A DNA stretch of 64,000 nt from Octopus vulgaris (lineage: Eukaryota), in contig OX597816.1 of the NCBI GenBank assembly GCA_951406725.2, positions 166,904,001 through 166,968,000 of the forward strand. The letters run 5' to 3'. The position numbers were made by a program, and so were the translations under genes. The stretch's first letter is position 1, and every line of letters starts with the position of its first letter. Under the pieces are notes generated by a model. The model saw nothing but the letters and a program-made list of their open reading frames with translations, ran no database searches and had not been told where the DNA came from. Positions 27,661 through 41,205 of the stretch are shown in pieces.

Positions 27661-28593
27661 TATATATATATATATATAAAGAGAGAGAGAGAGGGAGGAA
27701 TTAAAGATTTGTTTTGTATGTATGTATGTATGTATGTGTGTATGTATGTATGTATGTATGTATGTATGTATGTATGTATGCATGTATGTATGTATGTATA
27801 TGTGTGTGCATGTGTGTATGTATACATAATCTTATTTAATAAAAGAAGAACTGATCTCCATCTGCTTGTTTGTTACAAGATCTGTGTGAAGGAGGGGAGA
27901 AAGGGAGGAATCAACAGTGGAGATAACCCCTAAGAGCAACATCTGAGTAAGAGTACCATCCAAGAAGAGCACCATTCGAGCGTGACTGTTGCCAGAGTAG
28001 CTATCTGGCTTCCGTGCTGGTGGCACATAAAAAACACCATTCTAGTGGGATCGTTACTGATGATGAGAAAGGGAGGTAAAAAGGTTGTTGTTGTTGAAGA
28101 AGTACAGTGAGATAAAGAGAGTGTGTGTTGAAGATAGATAAGTAGTGTTGTCACCATAATAACTAACACAATTTTGATTTAAACTGCAGAAATTTTAAGT
28201 GCAAGTCTGTCAACACAATGCAACAAGGACTTCAAAAGAAAAAAACTTTCACTATGTAACAATATAAATAGTTATGTTTTTGGTTGTTTATGTATATGTG
28301 TATTTCTGTGTGTCTATCTGTTTCTGTATGCTCTTCAATGTAGAGACAACGTAACACAGACTTAAAGAAAAGACTTTCACTATAACGACAGATTTTTGCT
28401 GTTGAGAGAGAAATTCAGTGAGGAAGAGAGTGTGTACGTGAAAGATTGATAGTAACTACCAAGACTTTCACTATATAGCATTCTACTATTAAAAGAAGAT
28501 ACATGCATAGCGACACCTGACAGGTGTCTGTGTCAGTGACATGTAAAAAGTACCAACCGATCATGGCCATTTGCCAGCCTCCTCTGGCCTCTA

Positions 28594-28760
28594 TAAAAAG
28601 CACCCACTACACTCTTGGAGTGGTTGGCATTAGGAAGGGCCTCCAGCTGTAGAAACACTGCCAGATCAGACTGGAGCCTGGTGCAGCCTCCTGGCTTCCC
28701 AGACCCCAATCAAACCATCCAACCCATGCTAGCATGGAAAACGGACGTTAAACGATGATG
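28594..28760 (+). mobile_element. RTE-type LINE 3' UTR fragment
   Basis: AAAAAGCACCCACTACACTC...GCATGGAAAACGGACGTTAAACGATGATG. Confidence 0.75.
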
Positions 28761-29694
28761 GTGGTGGTGGTGGTGGTGGTGGTGGTGATGATGATTTTTA
28801 CTGGCAGTGTAGCAACAGATAAAGTTCTAGTGTCTTCTTTTTTCAATTATTTGAAGTCTTCCTGTAAAGAAAGAAGTAGTTTCTAACAAAGAAACAAACA
28901 TGAAAAAAACTCCATTGTTGGACTGTAGAAAACTTGAAAAAAGTCTTCCACTTTCAGATTCTATTTGTAACATGTGTGTCTGTTGCTATTAAAGCTTTTA
29001 TGCCATGTAGAACAGCCTACCATTATAATTTTATGTTTCAGGTTTAACATTGCAATGCAGCATCTTGGGACAGGCCTTCTACTAAAGTTTGGTAGGAAGC
29101 CAAACCTTGATAGTGAAATCTGAATGATGTGGCCTATATGAAAGTGAAACCCATAGGATTTATGTATCCTTGTGGAGAAAATTCACTCTGTTGATTTGGT
29201 TAGCATCATCACTTGGTCTTTGGTTACCTTTAACAGAATCCATTCTGTTGCATTTGTTTGCACCAGGGTTTTGGTTTAAATAATCACAACCGGATCAATT
29301 CGGGTCCCTTAACTAATATGCTCTATTCCTCCCTATTCCTCTATGGCAAAGATCATTGGTGATGTCTTCTTATCTCTGTTCAAGCCAGCAAAACACCAGC
29401 TTAATAATGGCTTCTGGTTTAGACACAGGGCCAGAAATTTTGAGGGGAGGATTTTAGTCATTTGCATTAACCTCAGTACATGACTGGCTTTTTATTTTAT
29501 CCTCCCCCAGCCCAACGGGATGTAAGGCAAAGCTGACCATTGTGGGATTTGAACCTAAAAATTAAAAAGCCGAATCAAATACTTCAAAGCATTGTGTATT
29601 TCTCAATGCTCCACACCAGCTTAATAATGGTTATTAATTTAGATACAAAGCCAGGAGAATAATTGATTACATCATCATCATCATCATCATCATC

Positions 29695-29975
29695 AGGAGT
29701 GGCTGTGTGGTAAGTAGCTTGCTTATGAACCACATGGTTCTGGGTTCAGTCCCACTACATGGCACCTTGGGCAAGTGTCTTCTACTATAGCCTCGGGCCG
29801 ACCAAAGCCTTGTGAGTGGATTTGGTAGATGGAAACTGAAAAAAGCCCGTCATATATATGTATATATACATACATGTGTGTGTGTGTGTCTTGCCCAAGG
29901 TGCCATGCAGTGGGACTGAACCCGGACCCATGTGGCTGGTAAGCAAGCTACTTACCACACAGCCACTCCTACGCC
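29695..29975. mobile_element. two SINE family C 5' parts in inverted orientation
   Basis: AGGAGTGGCTGTGTGGTAAGTAGCTTGC...CTTGGGCAAG (29695-29774) and its reverse complement (29890-29970). Confidence 0.88.
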
Positions 29976-30391
29976 TTTAATGCACAGCATTTCTTCTTAT
30001 TTCATTTTTCGATTTGGTTTGCAAGATTCTTTATGCGAATTCGTGTGTCGAAGCATATTTTGTTGTGTCTGGGGAGAGTCATTCTCTTTTAGTTATTTAA
30101 CACACTCACTGGTAACGTTTCCATTCATAAATAATAAGTAAATGAGTGGAAACTTTACTGGTGAGTGTGTTAAATAATAAGGCACTAATAGAGAGAGGTT
30201 CTCCCCAGACACAACAAAATTTCTTCTAATGTTCTGATGATTCTGCCAGCTCACCATGCTACACTAATTTCATAATTCTTTCAAAAATTTAGGGGAAGCA
30301 GTCTAGTTGGGTATATTAAAACCAGTGCTTTTTATTTTATCAACCCTGAAAAGCTGAAAGGCAAAGCTGATCTCAGTGGTATTTGAACTTA

Positions 30392-30619
30392 AGGTAGTGA
30401 GCTGGCAGAAACATTAGCACGCCAGGTGAAATTCTTAGTGGTATTTCATCTGCAGCTATGTTCTGAGTTCAAATTCTGCCGAGGTCGACTTTGCCTTTCA
30501 TCCTTTTGGGGTCGATTATGTAAGTACCAGTTGCACAATGGGGTTGATGTAATCGACTTAATCTGTTTGTCCTTGTTTGTCCCCTCTGTGTTTAGCCCCT
30601 TGTGGGTAGTAAAGAAATA
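30392..30619 (+). mobile_element. SINE family B nested in an older, opposite-strand SINE B
   Basis: 14-bp TSD GGTATTTGAACTTA at 30378-30391 and 30620-30633. Confidence 0.85.
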
Positions 30620-31354
30620 GGTATTTGAACTTAGAATGTAAAGAATAGGAAATGCTGCTAAGCTATTCGTCGGATGTGCTAATGGTTTTGCCAGTTCACA
30701 GCCTTAACAATAATATTAACGAGAAACATTAATATTACTAAATCCTTCCAAATCTTGATTATCAAAATTAATTAAATCATATGCAGTGAATTTCAATGGA
30801 AATACAGTACCAAAAGGGTTAAAATATTCTTTGTTCTCAATTTTCTGAAAATATCAGTAGTGAAGGTGAGGGCAAGAATGGTGTCAATTCTCGTCACTCC
30901 TCCACAAATTGATAAATCTTTTGATGCTCACACTTTAAAAAAAACAAAAAAACCCCTGTCATTTCAGAAATGTTGTAACAATGAGACACAGCTGTGTTTT
31001 TTAAAATTATAACAACAGATATGTCTCTCATACTCTTAAACAATGACTCACGAACTATACTACTGGAGCACTTAGTTTAGCTGAACTTGTCCTCTGCATT
31101 ACTGGGTGTCTGATCTTAAGTAAAAACTACTGACTTCCAAAACTGAGCTTTGTTTGTCTTGAATGAAACACAAATAAATGCCCACACATCAAAGATTTTT
31201 CTCCATTATGACTTCTTTTACTTGCCATTTAGAGTTTTCTTCCTCTGTTTTACTTATTTATTAACTAAAAGTATGTCAGTAATATGTAAGCATGAAATAA
31301 CTTACATGCATATATAAATGTGTGTGTGTTTATGTGTGTATATATATATATGTA

Positions 31355-31393
<39 letters not shown>

Positions 31394-31453
31394 ATATGTT
31401 TATATGTGTGTATATATATATATATGTGTGTGTGTGTATGTATGTATACATAT

Positions 31454-31530
<77 letters not shown>

Positions 31531-31564
31531 TATATATATACATATAAATATATATATATATGTA

Positions 31565-32259
31565 CTAGCAGGTGTACCCGGTAATTCCTGGGAGTAAAGA
31601 TGCTCTATTGACATGCCTTATTATTCTGATATAAGAAAGCAATTTCGTTATAACTGCCACAAAAGGTGTATTTTCCATCAGGAAAAAGTGCAAAAAACTG
31701 TCAGCTGGAGGAGGGAGAGATTGTTGGAGGTTGGTGAGAGAGGTTTGCGGAGGTTGGCGAGAAAGATAGTCAGAGGTTGGTGAGCGAGGTTGTTGAAGGT
31801 TGGCAAGAGACAAAGACATCATTCTGCTTAGCGAAGGCATCTGAGAAATGTATAACTGCTATAATTCCCATAAAAACTATTGTTTTACTGTGAGTAAAAG
31901 CGTTGTTGAAGTGTTAAGTGAAATTTAGCAATCGAGGATCAAATCCACGCTATGCCTGCATGAAGCCACGATAAATATGTTGTGGAATAAAAAATTTATC
32001 TACTATCATGGAAAAAATATAACTGTAAAAATGCAGAATTATCAGAGTAATGGACATTCAAAAAAGTATGTATGTATAGAAATGTATGAATGAAGTCTTT
32101 AATGTTTAAGATTCAAATTAAGGAAGTGCAATAATAATGTTTAGTAGTTCGAAACTGAGTAATGGAATGCAGAATATTGATAGCTTCGCTAAAATCTGCA
32201 GGTGGTATGGGTTATTTCCCTTGGGTTGTTTAAATAAAATATTAGCAATATATAGTAGA
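31565..32259 (-). mobile_element. probable non-autonomous Helitron (5' end may extend to 32521)
   Basis: Minus 3' end CCCAGGAATTACCGGGTACACCTGCTAG|T; candidate 5' ends A|TCTACTATATA (32259) and A|TCTACTTCATATA (32521); internal GAGGTTGG minisatellite at ~31715-31810. Confidence 0.6.
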
Positions 32260-33008
32260 TAGAAGGATCCATTGGAAGGGCCCTATTATTGATTTTTTTT
32301 TTTAAACAATCTAAGTATGTCACGAAGTTTCCAGACATGAATTCTACTCACATGTCAAAGTATAAAAGTAATATTGTCTGCAAAAATTAGAAATAGGACA
32401 CACAAAAAATCGAACATAAACAATGAAATGGGTTATTTTCCTTGAGCGTTTAAAAAATATTGTACAGGTGCTATGGGTTATTTCCCTTGGATGTTTAAAA
32501 AATTTAGTTATATGAAGTAGATATAAAGGTCCCTTCCATGGGCCATATTATCGATTATGGTGTATGTGTGTGTTGGAATACATATACAAATATCAAAAAA
32601 GTCTAACACCACCACATACTCCTCCCTCCCCTTTAAATTACCATTCCTTTCTCTCTTTCCATCGCTTTCTACTCCTCCCCACCAAATACACACAGGATGG
32701 CCTACATGCCCCGATCAATCTTTACATTGGTGGAAACTGATAAACATTCTTCAGTTATACATTTGCTGCTTCCAATGTAAATGCCATATGACCTGAGAAA
32801 ATGAACACATGAACTGTGATCCACCTGATGTCCATGGGTATTATGGACTATACTGTAATCATGCCAGGAATATGGACTATGATCATAAGAATCATGTGAT
32901 TCGTGGAAATGCGCATAGTAATGCATTAAAATATTTATAAGTTCCATCTATGGATTATTATTATTATTATTATTATTATTATAATTATTATTATTATTAT
33001 TATTATTA

Positions 33009-33366
33009 TTATCTCCACATTAGCGAAGGTGGAGGTATTGTTTTCAGTCATGTTTGTTTGTTTGTTCCATTGACAAGATATCTCAAGAACTGCTGGATGG
33101 ATTCGGATGAAACTTTCAGAGATGTTTGGCCTCAAGACTGGCACAAACTTATTAGATTTGGGGATTGATCCAGTACTAGACAAGAATTCTGGATTATTTT
33201 TCCGATTTTTTTACTTGATTTTTGAGAGCATTTTTAGTATTCTCCTTTGTGAGAGCAGTCGAGTTTATTTTAGATATTCTCTTTTTAAAAAATCATCTCC
33301 GGCTAATCATTGAGAGGATGTTGGTGTTGCCTTGGTGAAGGTTTGTGCTCTCTGAGTGCTCTTGTT
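33009..33366 (+). mobile_element. Helentron-associated non-autonomous element (HINE/DINE-1-like)
   Basis: 5' CTCCAC...GTGGAG short inverted repeat, (GTTT)n, ATGGATTCGGATGAAACTTT block, 3' TTGGTGAAGG followed by hairpin GTGCTC-TCT-GAGTGC; embedded in (TAT)n. Confidence 0.7.
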
Positions 33367-33466
33367 ATTATTATAATTATTATTATTATTTTTTTTCTTC
33401 CTTCTTTCTTCAAATTTTCTTCCATTTCTCGCCGTATTATTATTATCATTATTATTATTATTATTA

Positions 33467-33551
<85 letters not shown>

Positions 33552-33821
33552 ATTTATCCTACATTATATCAGCACAACTCAGTACAAACCCATGAAACTG
33601 ACTGTTAATGCTGGCTGGTATCATTAGGCTGTGGCTGGCATGATAAAATAGAAGCTTTTATATGCTCACTCAAAAACATTTCCTGTAAACAAACTTAAAG
33701 GATATATATAGATAGACATATATAAACACATATATGTATGTGTGTGTAGGTGTGAGTATGTGTGCATATATATGTGTGTTTATGTATGTGTGTATATATA
33801 TATATATATTCATATGTATAT

Positions 33822-33862
<41 letters not shown>

Positions 33863-34234
33863 TATGTATATATACATGCGTATGTGTGTGTTGTAAGAAA
33901 ATATGCATCTAGGCAATGTGATTTTGATTGAGAACAAAAGAAATGGTGAAATCTCTTAGGAAGAATATTTCTTTTGTCTTTAAGGAAGGAAGCAATATGA
34001 TAGCAGGAGGAGGGGTTTGTTAACACAATTCTTTAGAGATTCCACAGCAAAGTGTACATCTATATATAAATATATACAATATATACACATATATGTATGC
34101 ATATGTGTGTGTGTGTGCGTATACATATAATACATACATATATCACCATCATCATCATCTAATGTTCGTGGCATGGGTTGTCAGGGCTGGGAGGTGTTGG
34201 CTGGTATCTTTGTTCAACCCACATACTCTCTCTC

Positions 34235-34964
34235 TTTTACTCTTTTACTTGTTTCAGTCATTTGACTGCGGCCATGCTGGGGCACCGCCTTTAGTCGAGC
34301 AAATCGACCCCGGGACTTATTCTTTGTAAGCCCAGTACTTATTCTATCGGTCTCTTTTGCCGAACCGCTAAGTGACGGGGACGTAAACACACCACCATAT
34401 ACAGACAAACACAGACACACACATATATATACATATATATACATATATACGACAGGCTTCTTTCAGTTTCCGTCTACCAAATCCACTCACAAGGCATTGG
34501 TCGGCCCGGGGCTATAGCAGAAGACACTTGCCCAAGATGCCACGCAGTGGGACTGAACCCGGAACCATGTGGTTGGTTAGCAAGCTACTTACCACACAGC
34601 CACTCCTGCGCCTATAAATCTATAAATCTTTTAACTTTTACTTGTTTCAGTCATTTGATTGTGGCCATACTGGGGCACCACCTTGAAACATTTTTAGTCA
34701 AATGGATTAACCCCAAATGGATTAACCCCTATCGAGCTGTTCTGTTGAACTGTTATTTTACAGGGATGTAAACAAACCAACACTAGTTGTCAAGCAGTGT
34801 TGGGGGACAAACACATACATAAAGACATATATGATGGGCTCCTTTCAGTCCCATCTACCTCATCCACTAACAAGGCTTTGCTCTGCCAAAATGTATAATA
34901 GGAGATACTTGCTCAAGGTACCACACAGTGGGATTGAAACTACAACTATGTGGCTGGGAAACAA
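34235..34964 (-). mobile_element. two SINE family C copies (~34235-34615 full; ~34635-34964 head-truncated)
   Basis: Reverse complement of family C. Confidence 0.85.
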
Positions 34965-35234
34965 ATCCTGTAAATAATAATAATGGTATTTTTTATATAA
35001 GCTTAAAGCTTGTGGCAATCACCATGCAATGACTAAGGAAAATAGTCTAATAACCGGGAATATAAGCCCTCGACCGAAAAAAGGTTTTCCTATCCGTATG
35101 TTATATGGAAGCCTTCTTTTTTCTGTCGAGGGCTTATATGCCTTGTTATTAGATTGCTTTCCTTAGTCATTGCATGGTGATTGCCACAAGCTTTAAGCTT
35201 ATTTAAAAAATAGCATTATTATTATTTACAGGAT
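34965..35234. repeat. 270-bp near-perfect palindrome (foldback/MITE-like)
   Basis: ATCCTGTAAATAATAATAATG...ATAAGCTTAAAGCTTGTGGCAATCACCATGCAATGACTAAGGAAA...ATATAAGCCCTCGAC, with reverse complements on the right arm. Confidence 0.93.
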
Positions 35235-35256
35235 ATATATATATATATATATATAG

Positions 35257-35298
<42 letters not shown>

Positions 35299-35311
35299 AT
35301 AGATATATAAG

Positions 35312-35768
35312 TGGGCTGGCTACACCTCTGGTAAAGGCCACGGGTTATGGTCTCACTTGTCTTGCCAGGTCTTCTCACGCACAGCATATTTCCAAAGGTC
35401 TCAGTCACTAGTCATTGCCTCGGTGAGGCCTAATGTTTGAAGGTCGTGCTTTACCACCTCATACCAGGTCTTCTTGGGTCTATCTCTTCCACAGGTTCCC
35501 TCAAACACTAGGGTGTGGCGCTTTTTCACACTGCTATCCTCATCCATTCTCGCCACATGACCATACCAGCACAATCGTCTCTCTTGCACACCACAACTGA
35601 TGCTTCTTAGATCCAACTTTTCTCTCAAGGTACTTACACTCTGTCGAGTATGCACACTGACATTACATATCTATAGGAGCATACTGGCTTCATTCTTTGT
35701 GAGCTTACGCATGTCCTCAACAGTCACAGCCCGAGTTTCACTGCCATGTCACATGGCTGTTCGTACAT
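35312..35768 (-). mobile_element. RTE-clade LINE fragment (ORF C-terminus)
   Basis: QERRLCWYGHVARMDEDS...EGTCGRDRPKKTW matches the RTE RLRWxGHVxRM...GRPxxxW signature. Confidence 0.88.
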
Positions 35769-36899
35769 ACATATAGATGTAAATATATACATACATATAT
35801 ATATATATATAAGCTTTTATTTTATTTTTTTCTGATTCTTAGCTTATAATTAATATACAGATAGCATGTTTATCTTTCCAGTATTCCATAAGTAAATGCC
35901 CAGAGCAGTCTTTATAGAAACCACCTAATAAGTAAATAATTAAATACATGAATGAATATTAAACTGATTCTATGTAATCTTCCTTGTTTAGTGTTGAAAA
36001 TTGGTATATATACACATTTTATCTATTTTGGTTATGATGTCATATTTGATAATCTTAAATTTTATCTTTATACAACATAACAATATTGTTTATATGCAAT
36101 CACCCATAGTACCCCATGATAAAATTTCCTCTGTATTGACATCATAGGTTTTATTAGCGCCTTGCCCCTTTAACTGGTAATTAACATCTTGATTTGGGGT
36201 CTTCCCCTACCCAGCCTCCTTTATAGACAGTTACTTTATACTACTCCTAAAATCTTGACAATATTTATGACTATACCCAGCTATGAGCTGTCAATGCACT
36301 CCTGCCCTTCGTTCTAATCAGACACAATCCTCTAGTCTTAGATTTAGTAGTTGATAAAAAGACTAATAAATTAAAAGTGAACCACAATCCTTTACAAGCT
36401 ATGACTCCAACATACTTCATATATTTCTTGGAAACATAGCTACAATAGTGACAACATGGATTTTTTCTAACTTCTTGCTCTATTAAAGTATTTGAGTAAA
36501 ATCATATTAATGTGTCCGACTGATTGAAATTCTATTTATTCATTTGTGCAGCTGAGGATAGCCCTGCATTTAAATTGACATAATGATTGCATTGTTCAAT
36601 TAAATGGAGCTGCTTGAAACGATCGTATTGCATCACTTCTTGATATCCTGTTGCTTATTTTGATTTTGTATATATATATATATATAATAGCGAGAAGTTG
36701 AGGTTATAAGAGATAACGGTGTCATTAAGACCCAAAGGTGTCAGGTAATGCTACCATAGTTAAGTTCCAGATTCGGTAATATTGCGAATAAAGGGTTCAA
36801 CATTGGTTCTTTGTCAGCATGTGTATATAAGAATTTTTTGCATAATAAGATAAAAAAAAACCAAAGCCGTGTAGATATGAGAGCATTTATAGATAGAAG

Positions 36900-36951
36900 G
36901 TCTTACAGCTGTTTCTAGGATATTTATTAATTATATCTCTTCATCGGAGAC
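36900..36951 (-). ncRNA. Penelope-type minimal hammerhead motif, core variant CCGATGA
   Basis: Minus: GTCT-CCGATGA-AGAGATAT...ATATCCTA-GAAA-CAGCTG-TA-AGAC; stem I GTCT/AGAC, palindromic stem III ACAGCTGT. Confidence 0.55.
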
Positions 36952-37259
36952 AGTGTGAGAGGATGGTTAAGTCATAGTTAGTTTAGATGTGATACAAAAT
37001 AGAGAGTGAGGTGAAGGAAAGAAAACAGATGCAAGATATATATGGGTATTGAAGTTGTAAATCCATTTTTTAGGCATAATGGTATATATGCAACATTCTA
37101 ATATCCTATGAGTAGAGTTCAAAGGTCCAACAGAGTTTAAAATGGGTCCTTCCAAATATAGAGTTTATAAGAAATGTAAGATTCCCTTATGAATGAGATC
37201 TAGCAGATTTATATATATATATATGTATACATAAATATATATAAGTATGTATCAACAGC

Positions 37260-37300
<41 letters not shown>

Positions 37301-37819
37301 TAGACATATATTCACATACACACATACACATGTATACACACATATACACACGACATGACATATGATATATGCACATTCATATGCACAAACACACTCACAC
37401 ACAGATAAATGTGGGTGTGTATGAAAGTTTATCAGGGGGTGTATATTTGGGTGTATATGATGGAAGCCAGTTATACACAGCAGGTAGAGATTCCAACACG
37501 CTTAGAATAAAACATATATATGAAAAGAAAACAAGTCTTCAAAATCTTCAAAGTCTTCCTAGTAAGAGAGACAGTTAACAAGATTTTGGTAAAGGAACCA
37601 CTAACAACTATTAATTTGTATTGTTTTATATTAAACCTTGTTATGTTTTAGGTTTACCACGCAAAAAATGTGTCTTTTGGTAAACTGTAGACACAGATGT
37701 GAGAATGGTAATAGTTAAGGAAGGATGGTATTGAGGTTGGTTGGCGGCAGAAGAGTTAATGGGAAAGAAATTCTAGGAAGATGTTGTGCAAGTTGCGTAA
37801 CAATGTTATTTTAAGCTGG

Positions 37820-37898
37820 TTTATATATGCATATGTATGCGTGTGTATGTATATATATATATATATATATATACATACATACATACATACATATATAT

Positions 37899-37929
<31 letters not shown>

Positions 37930-37990
37930 CACACACACACACAAGCACATATACATATTTATATATACATATATAAATATATACATATAC

Positions 37991-38079
<89 letters not shown>

Positions 38080-38110
38080 CATATATATATACATATATAT
38101 ATATATATAC

Positions 38111-38155
<45 letters not shown>

Positions 38156-38250
38156 TATACATGTGTGTGTGCTTTTATGTGTGTATATATGTATATACGT
38201 TTGTGTTTGTATGTGGGTGGGTGTATGTGTGTGTGTGCGCATGCATGTGT
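37820..38250. repeat. (AT)n/(AC)n compound microsatellite
   Basis: Directly visible. Confidence 0.93.
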
Positions 38251-38867
38251 GTGAGTGTATTCATGTTGACGTTTTGTTTTGTAACCCGATGCAATATGCT
38301 TGCTCTGGGTATTGAAACTGCGTGTGCAACTTATTATAAATGAGGTAAACATGAACACTGCTCTTTATTAAATCGATGCCATATGTTTCAATTACAGGAT
38401 ATCAACATCATCATAATTGTCTTAGTTAATGAGGCTGTTGTAGGGGCAGTTTTTTAAAGCAGCCGCTCAACTTGCTAGAAATAACAGCCAAATCTCCTTT
38501 AAATCACATTTTCTGTTTTATGAAAAGAAATAAAATCAAAACAGAGAAGTGAATCCTGGTGCAGCTCTCCAGCTTGGCTGCTCCTATCAAAGCATTCAAC
38601 CCATACCAGCATGGAAAATGAACATCAAACGCTGATGATGATGATGATGATGATGGCTTCAGTTCACATAACTATTTGGTTTACCACCACCTATCAAACA
38701 TCACACTTAATAATATACCTGCTGAGGGTGGCAAGCTGGCAGAAATGCTAGCGTACCTAGCAAAATGTTTAACCCTTATTTCGTCCAGTTTTGTGTTCTG
38801 AGTTCAAATTCCACTGAGTTTGACTTTGTTTTTCATCTTTCTGGGGTCAATAAAATAAGTACTAGTC

Positions 38868-39265
38868 AGGAGTGGCTGTGTGGTAAGTAGCAAGCTACTT
38901 ACTTACCAACCACATGGTTCCAGGTTCAGTCCCACTGCATGGCACCTTGGGCAAGTCTCTTCCGCTATAGCCTTGGGCCAACCAAAGCCTTGTGAGTGGA
39001 TTTGGTAGATGAAAACTGAAAGAAGCCCATCATATATATGTATATATGTGTGTGAGTGTGTGTATGTGTGTGTTTGTCCCCCCTACCATCACTTGATAAC
39101 CGATGTTGGTGTATCTATGTCCCTGTAACTTAGTGGTTTGGCAAAAGAGCCTGACAAGATAAGTACTAGGCTTACAAAGAATAAGTCCTGGGGTTGATTT
39201 GTTCAACTAAAGGTGGTGCTCCAGCATGGCTGCTGGCAAGTGACTGAAACAAGTAAAAGAGCAAA
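38868..39265 (+). mobile_element. SINE family C following a SINE B fragment (~38725-38865)
   Basis: Family C head, core and tail. Confidence 0.85.
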
Positions 39266-40245
39266 GCAAAAACAGAGTAAAGGAATGAATTCCAATCACA
39301 TTTCATGGTTCGCTACCTCAACAGCTCCTTTATAGGATCCAGTGGGTAAAGACATCCTCAAGAGGAACCATGTCTGGTTTCGGCCCCTACTCCTCTACCA
39401 TTTTTGACATGGCACCTCCCCGCCTTTCGAAGGTGTCTTCAGCTCTCGTGTCGAGTGTGTTTTTCCTTTGGCTTTTTGTTCTTTGGTTTCTTCGATGCAG
39501 CGTCAACAAATGTCAGCAGGCGAACAACCATCCCGCCAAATATCCCTTTAAATACTCGCAGGTAGGCTCCAGCAGCCAGCACCAGCTAACTGTCATGTGA
39601 CACTATCTAAGCTTCAACTGACCAATGGAGGGGAAGGATGTGTAATTTTGGCCTGCGCCCTCTCTAAACCTACCTTCCAACAGCGTGGATGTAGCCAAAC
39701 TAACACCCCCACCATAAATTGCTGGCCTTGTGCCAAAATTCGAAACTAATACTATACCTGCTGTGCCAAAGACTATGTCTCAGTATATTCTAAGCCACAT
39801 ACTGTGTTAATAGTACAAAATGTCTATAACATCCTACACATGTAAAAGCTATAACCAACCATTTTGCTAACTGTGTATGTCATTAGTTATACATATATGT
39901 AAATATAATTGTCATTCTTTTCTCTCGTTAAAGAAATTGATTTGTAATGAGCCAGAAATGTTCTGCTGTATTATGCTAATTTGTTGCCGAATAAGGAATG
40001 GGTTAAAGAGGAAATGTTTAGGAAAACAAAAGAATCTTAGAATCTTTTGCAATGGCGAAAATGGATTTCAAAGTGATGTTCTTTGCAGGACATGCTTTTA
40101 TACATAATTATCTCTGTTTTCATTTTGTCTTTATATACACACACACACACACACACATATATGCATGTATGTATATATATGTTTCTGTATGAGCCCCCAG
40201 TCCAACCACGCCAGCATGGAACAGGGATGTTAAATGATGTTGGTA

Positions 40246-40277
<32 letters not shown>

Positions 40278-40638
40278 AATGGTGTGAGTGCTTGCATGCA
40301 TGTGTGTGTAATTTGTAGTTGTTAAAATGATCAGGAATTCCTTAAAGTAAACCAGCATTAGAACTACGTTCCCTGAACTTGATAGAAATCACAGCCAATT
40401 GTCCCTCACTCTTTTAGAAAAAGGAAACACATTGAGTAATGTAGTCTAAGATTCACTGTGTCTGAAATGAAAACAGGATGTTCACAGCTGGAGCATTTTG
40501 ATGAAAGATCTGTTAGGTGTTGACTGTCCGGGGGTTAAACAGCAACGAAAATTTTCTGAATAAAATAATCCATTCAAAATTTCCTTTCATAAATTTGCAT
40601 AATTAATTTGTTTAGGTGTTATTCCTTCCATTAGTTAA

Positions 40639-41011
40639 TTCATCATCATCATTGTCACCATCATCATCATCATTGCTACCACCACCATCATCATCATCCT
40701 CATTGTCACCACCATCATCATCATCATTATCATCTTCATCATCATCAATGTCACCATTATCACCATCTTCATCATTATCATCATCATCATCATCATCATT
40801 GTCACCACCACCATCATCATCATCATCATCGTCATCATCATCATTGTCATCATCATCATCATCATCATCATCATCGTCATCATCATCATTATCATCTTCA
40901 TCATCATCATCATTGTCACCATTATCACCATCTTCATCATTATCATCATCATCATCATCATCATTGTCACCACCACCATCATCATCATCATCATCGTCAT
41001 CATCATCATTG

Positions 41012-41051
<40 letters not shown>

Positions 41052-41205
41052 ATCATCATTGTCACTATCATCATCATCATCATTGTCACCACCACCATCA
41101 TCATCATCATTGTCGTTGTAGTCGTCATCATCATCATCATCATCATTATCATCTTTGTCATTATCATCATTATCATCTTCGTCATCATCATTGTCACCAC
41201 CATCT
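40639..41205. repeat. degenerate (CAT/CAC)n tract with internal higher-order duplication
   Basis: The block TGTCACCATTATCACCATCTTCATCATTATC recurs at ~40749 and ~40914. Confidence 0.92.

Noticed and set aside
32702-32947. His-rich 81-aa minus-strand ORF
   Set aside because: No recognisable domain or partner exons; splice signals are only weakly suggestive.
39300-39650. Possible 5' end/ORF1 start of a LINE on the minus strand
   Set aside because: Composition is suggestive, but no motif could be identified confidently by eye.
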